A DNA stretch of 64,000 nucleotides from an uncultured Acidobacteriota bacterium (GTDB lineage: Bacteria > Acidobacteriota > UBA6911). Below, piece after piece: positions 63,878 to 64,000 of this stretch. The stretch covers positions 542,632-606,631 of the forward strand of contig CAVXIH010000009.1 of the NCBI GenBank assembly GCA_963761825.1. Direction: 5' to 3'. A program made the translations under genes and the position numbers. Numbering within the stretch: the first letter of the stretch is position 1; each line of letters starts with the position of its first letter. The notes below the pieces were generated by a model. It searched no databases, was not told where the DNA came from, and saw only the letters and a program-made list of their open reading frames with translations.

Positions 63878-64000
63878 ATGGACCTGAAAAGCGACAAACG
63901 AATTGTCATGACGCTCGATGCCGGGGGGACTAGTTTCCGTTTCTCGGCGATGAGCGGCGGCAAATCCGTGACCGAAAACGTCACAATGCCCTCCAGCGGC
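63878..64000 (+). CDS. glucokinase-like sugar kinase, 5' partial (runs off window)
   Basis: AAAGGAG RBS. MTLDAGGTSFRFSAM resembles the Glk/ROK phosphate-1 motif (DVGGTNARFAL). Confidence 0.45.
   Translation, partial: MDLKSDKRIVMTLDAGGTSFRFSAMSGGKSVTENVTMPSSG

Overview
High-GC bacterial chromosomal window, probably from an anaerobe with acetogen or sulfate-reducer-like energy metabolism; taxon not determinable by eye. The sequence carries many single-base indels that split otherwise recognisable genes (hdrA x2, metF x2, kdpA, kdpB, two ABC exporters, tyrS, uxaC, the MFS transporters and others). Most of these are probably assembly or sequencing errors. Main content, in order: (i) a ZIP metal transporter, a secreted cyclophilin, and an orphan TPP-dependent dehydrogenase E1 alpha/beta pair. 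(ii) A ~13 kb minus-strand operon (4.3-17.6 kb) behind a near-consensus sigma-54 promoter. It encodes a Cys-rich small protein, an MvhD-like protein, MetF, two GltB2-like FMN/Fe-S proteins, a GltB1-GltB3 fusion, an HdrA-(GltD/NfnB-like)-HdrA megafusion, MvhD and MetV, and it has no HdrBC. This is the candidate undescribed flavin-based electron-bifurcating glutamate-synthase/Hdr/MTHFR hybrid. (iii) A sigma-54 enhancer-binding protein with a degenerate KaiC/RecA-like N-terminal domain, separated from that operon by a REP-RAYT-REP insertion. (iv) A split kdp locus: the KdpD kinase half and kdpE, an APC permease-Usp fusion, kdpF (with an extra upstream micro-peptide ORF), kdpA, kdpB, kdpC, and two tandem stand-alone KdpD N-terminal sensor paralogs. 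(v) An ECF sigma factor with an anti-sigma factor carrying bactofilin-like repeats, then tyrS, an MBL hydrolase, a Yip1 membrane protein and typA. (vi) A second, canonical hdrC-hdrB-hdrA(megafusion)-mvhD-metV-metF cluster, in which mvhD has an in-frame TGA aligned to a Cys of its paralog (candidate selenocysteine). (vii) A CheY-like regulator, two frameshifted ABC exporters, and a second Y1 transposase flanked by a different REP family. (viii) A GH3 glucosidase, a LacI regulator, uxaC, an exuT-like transporter, a second MFS transporter and a glk-like kinase. (ix) Three intergenic repeat families: a 27-nt REP, GATACCG-unit hairpins, and AGATTCC heptamer arrays. No rRNA, tRNA or CRISPR array was seen.
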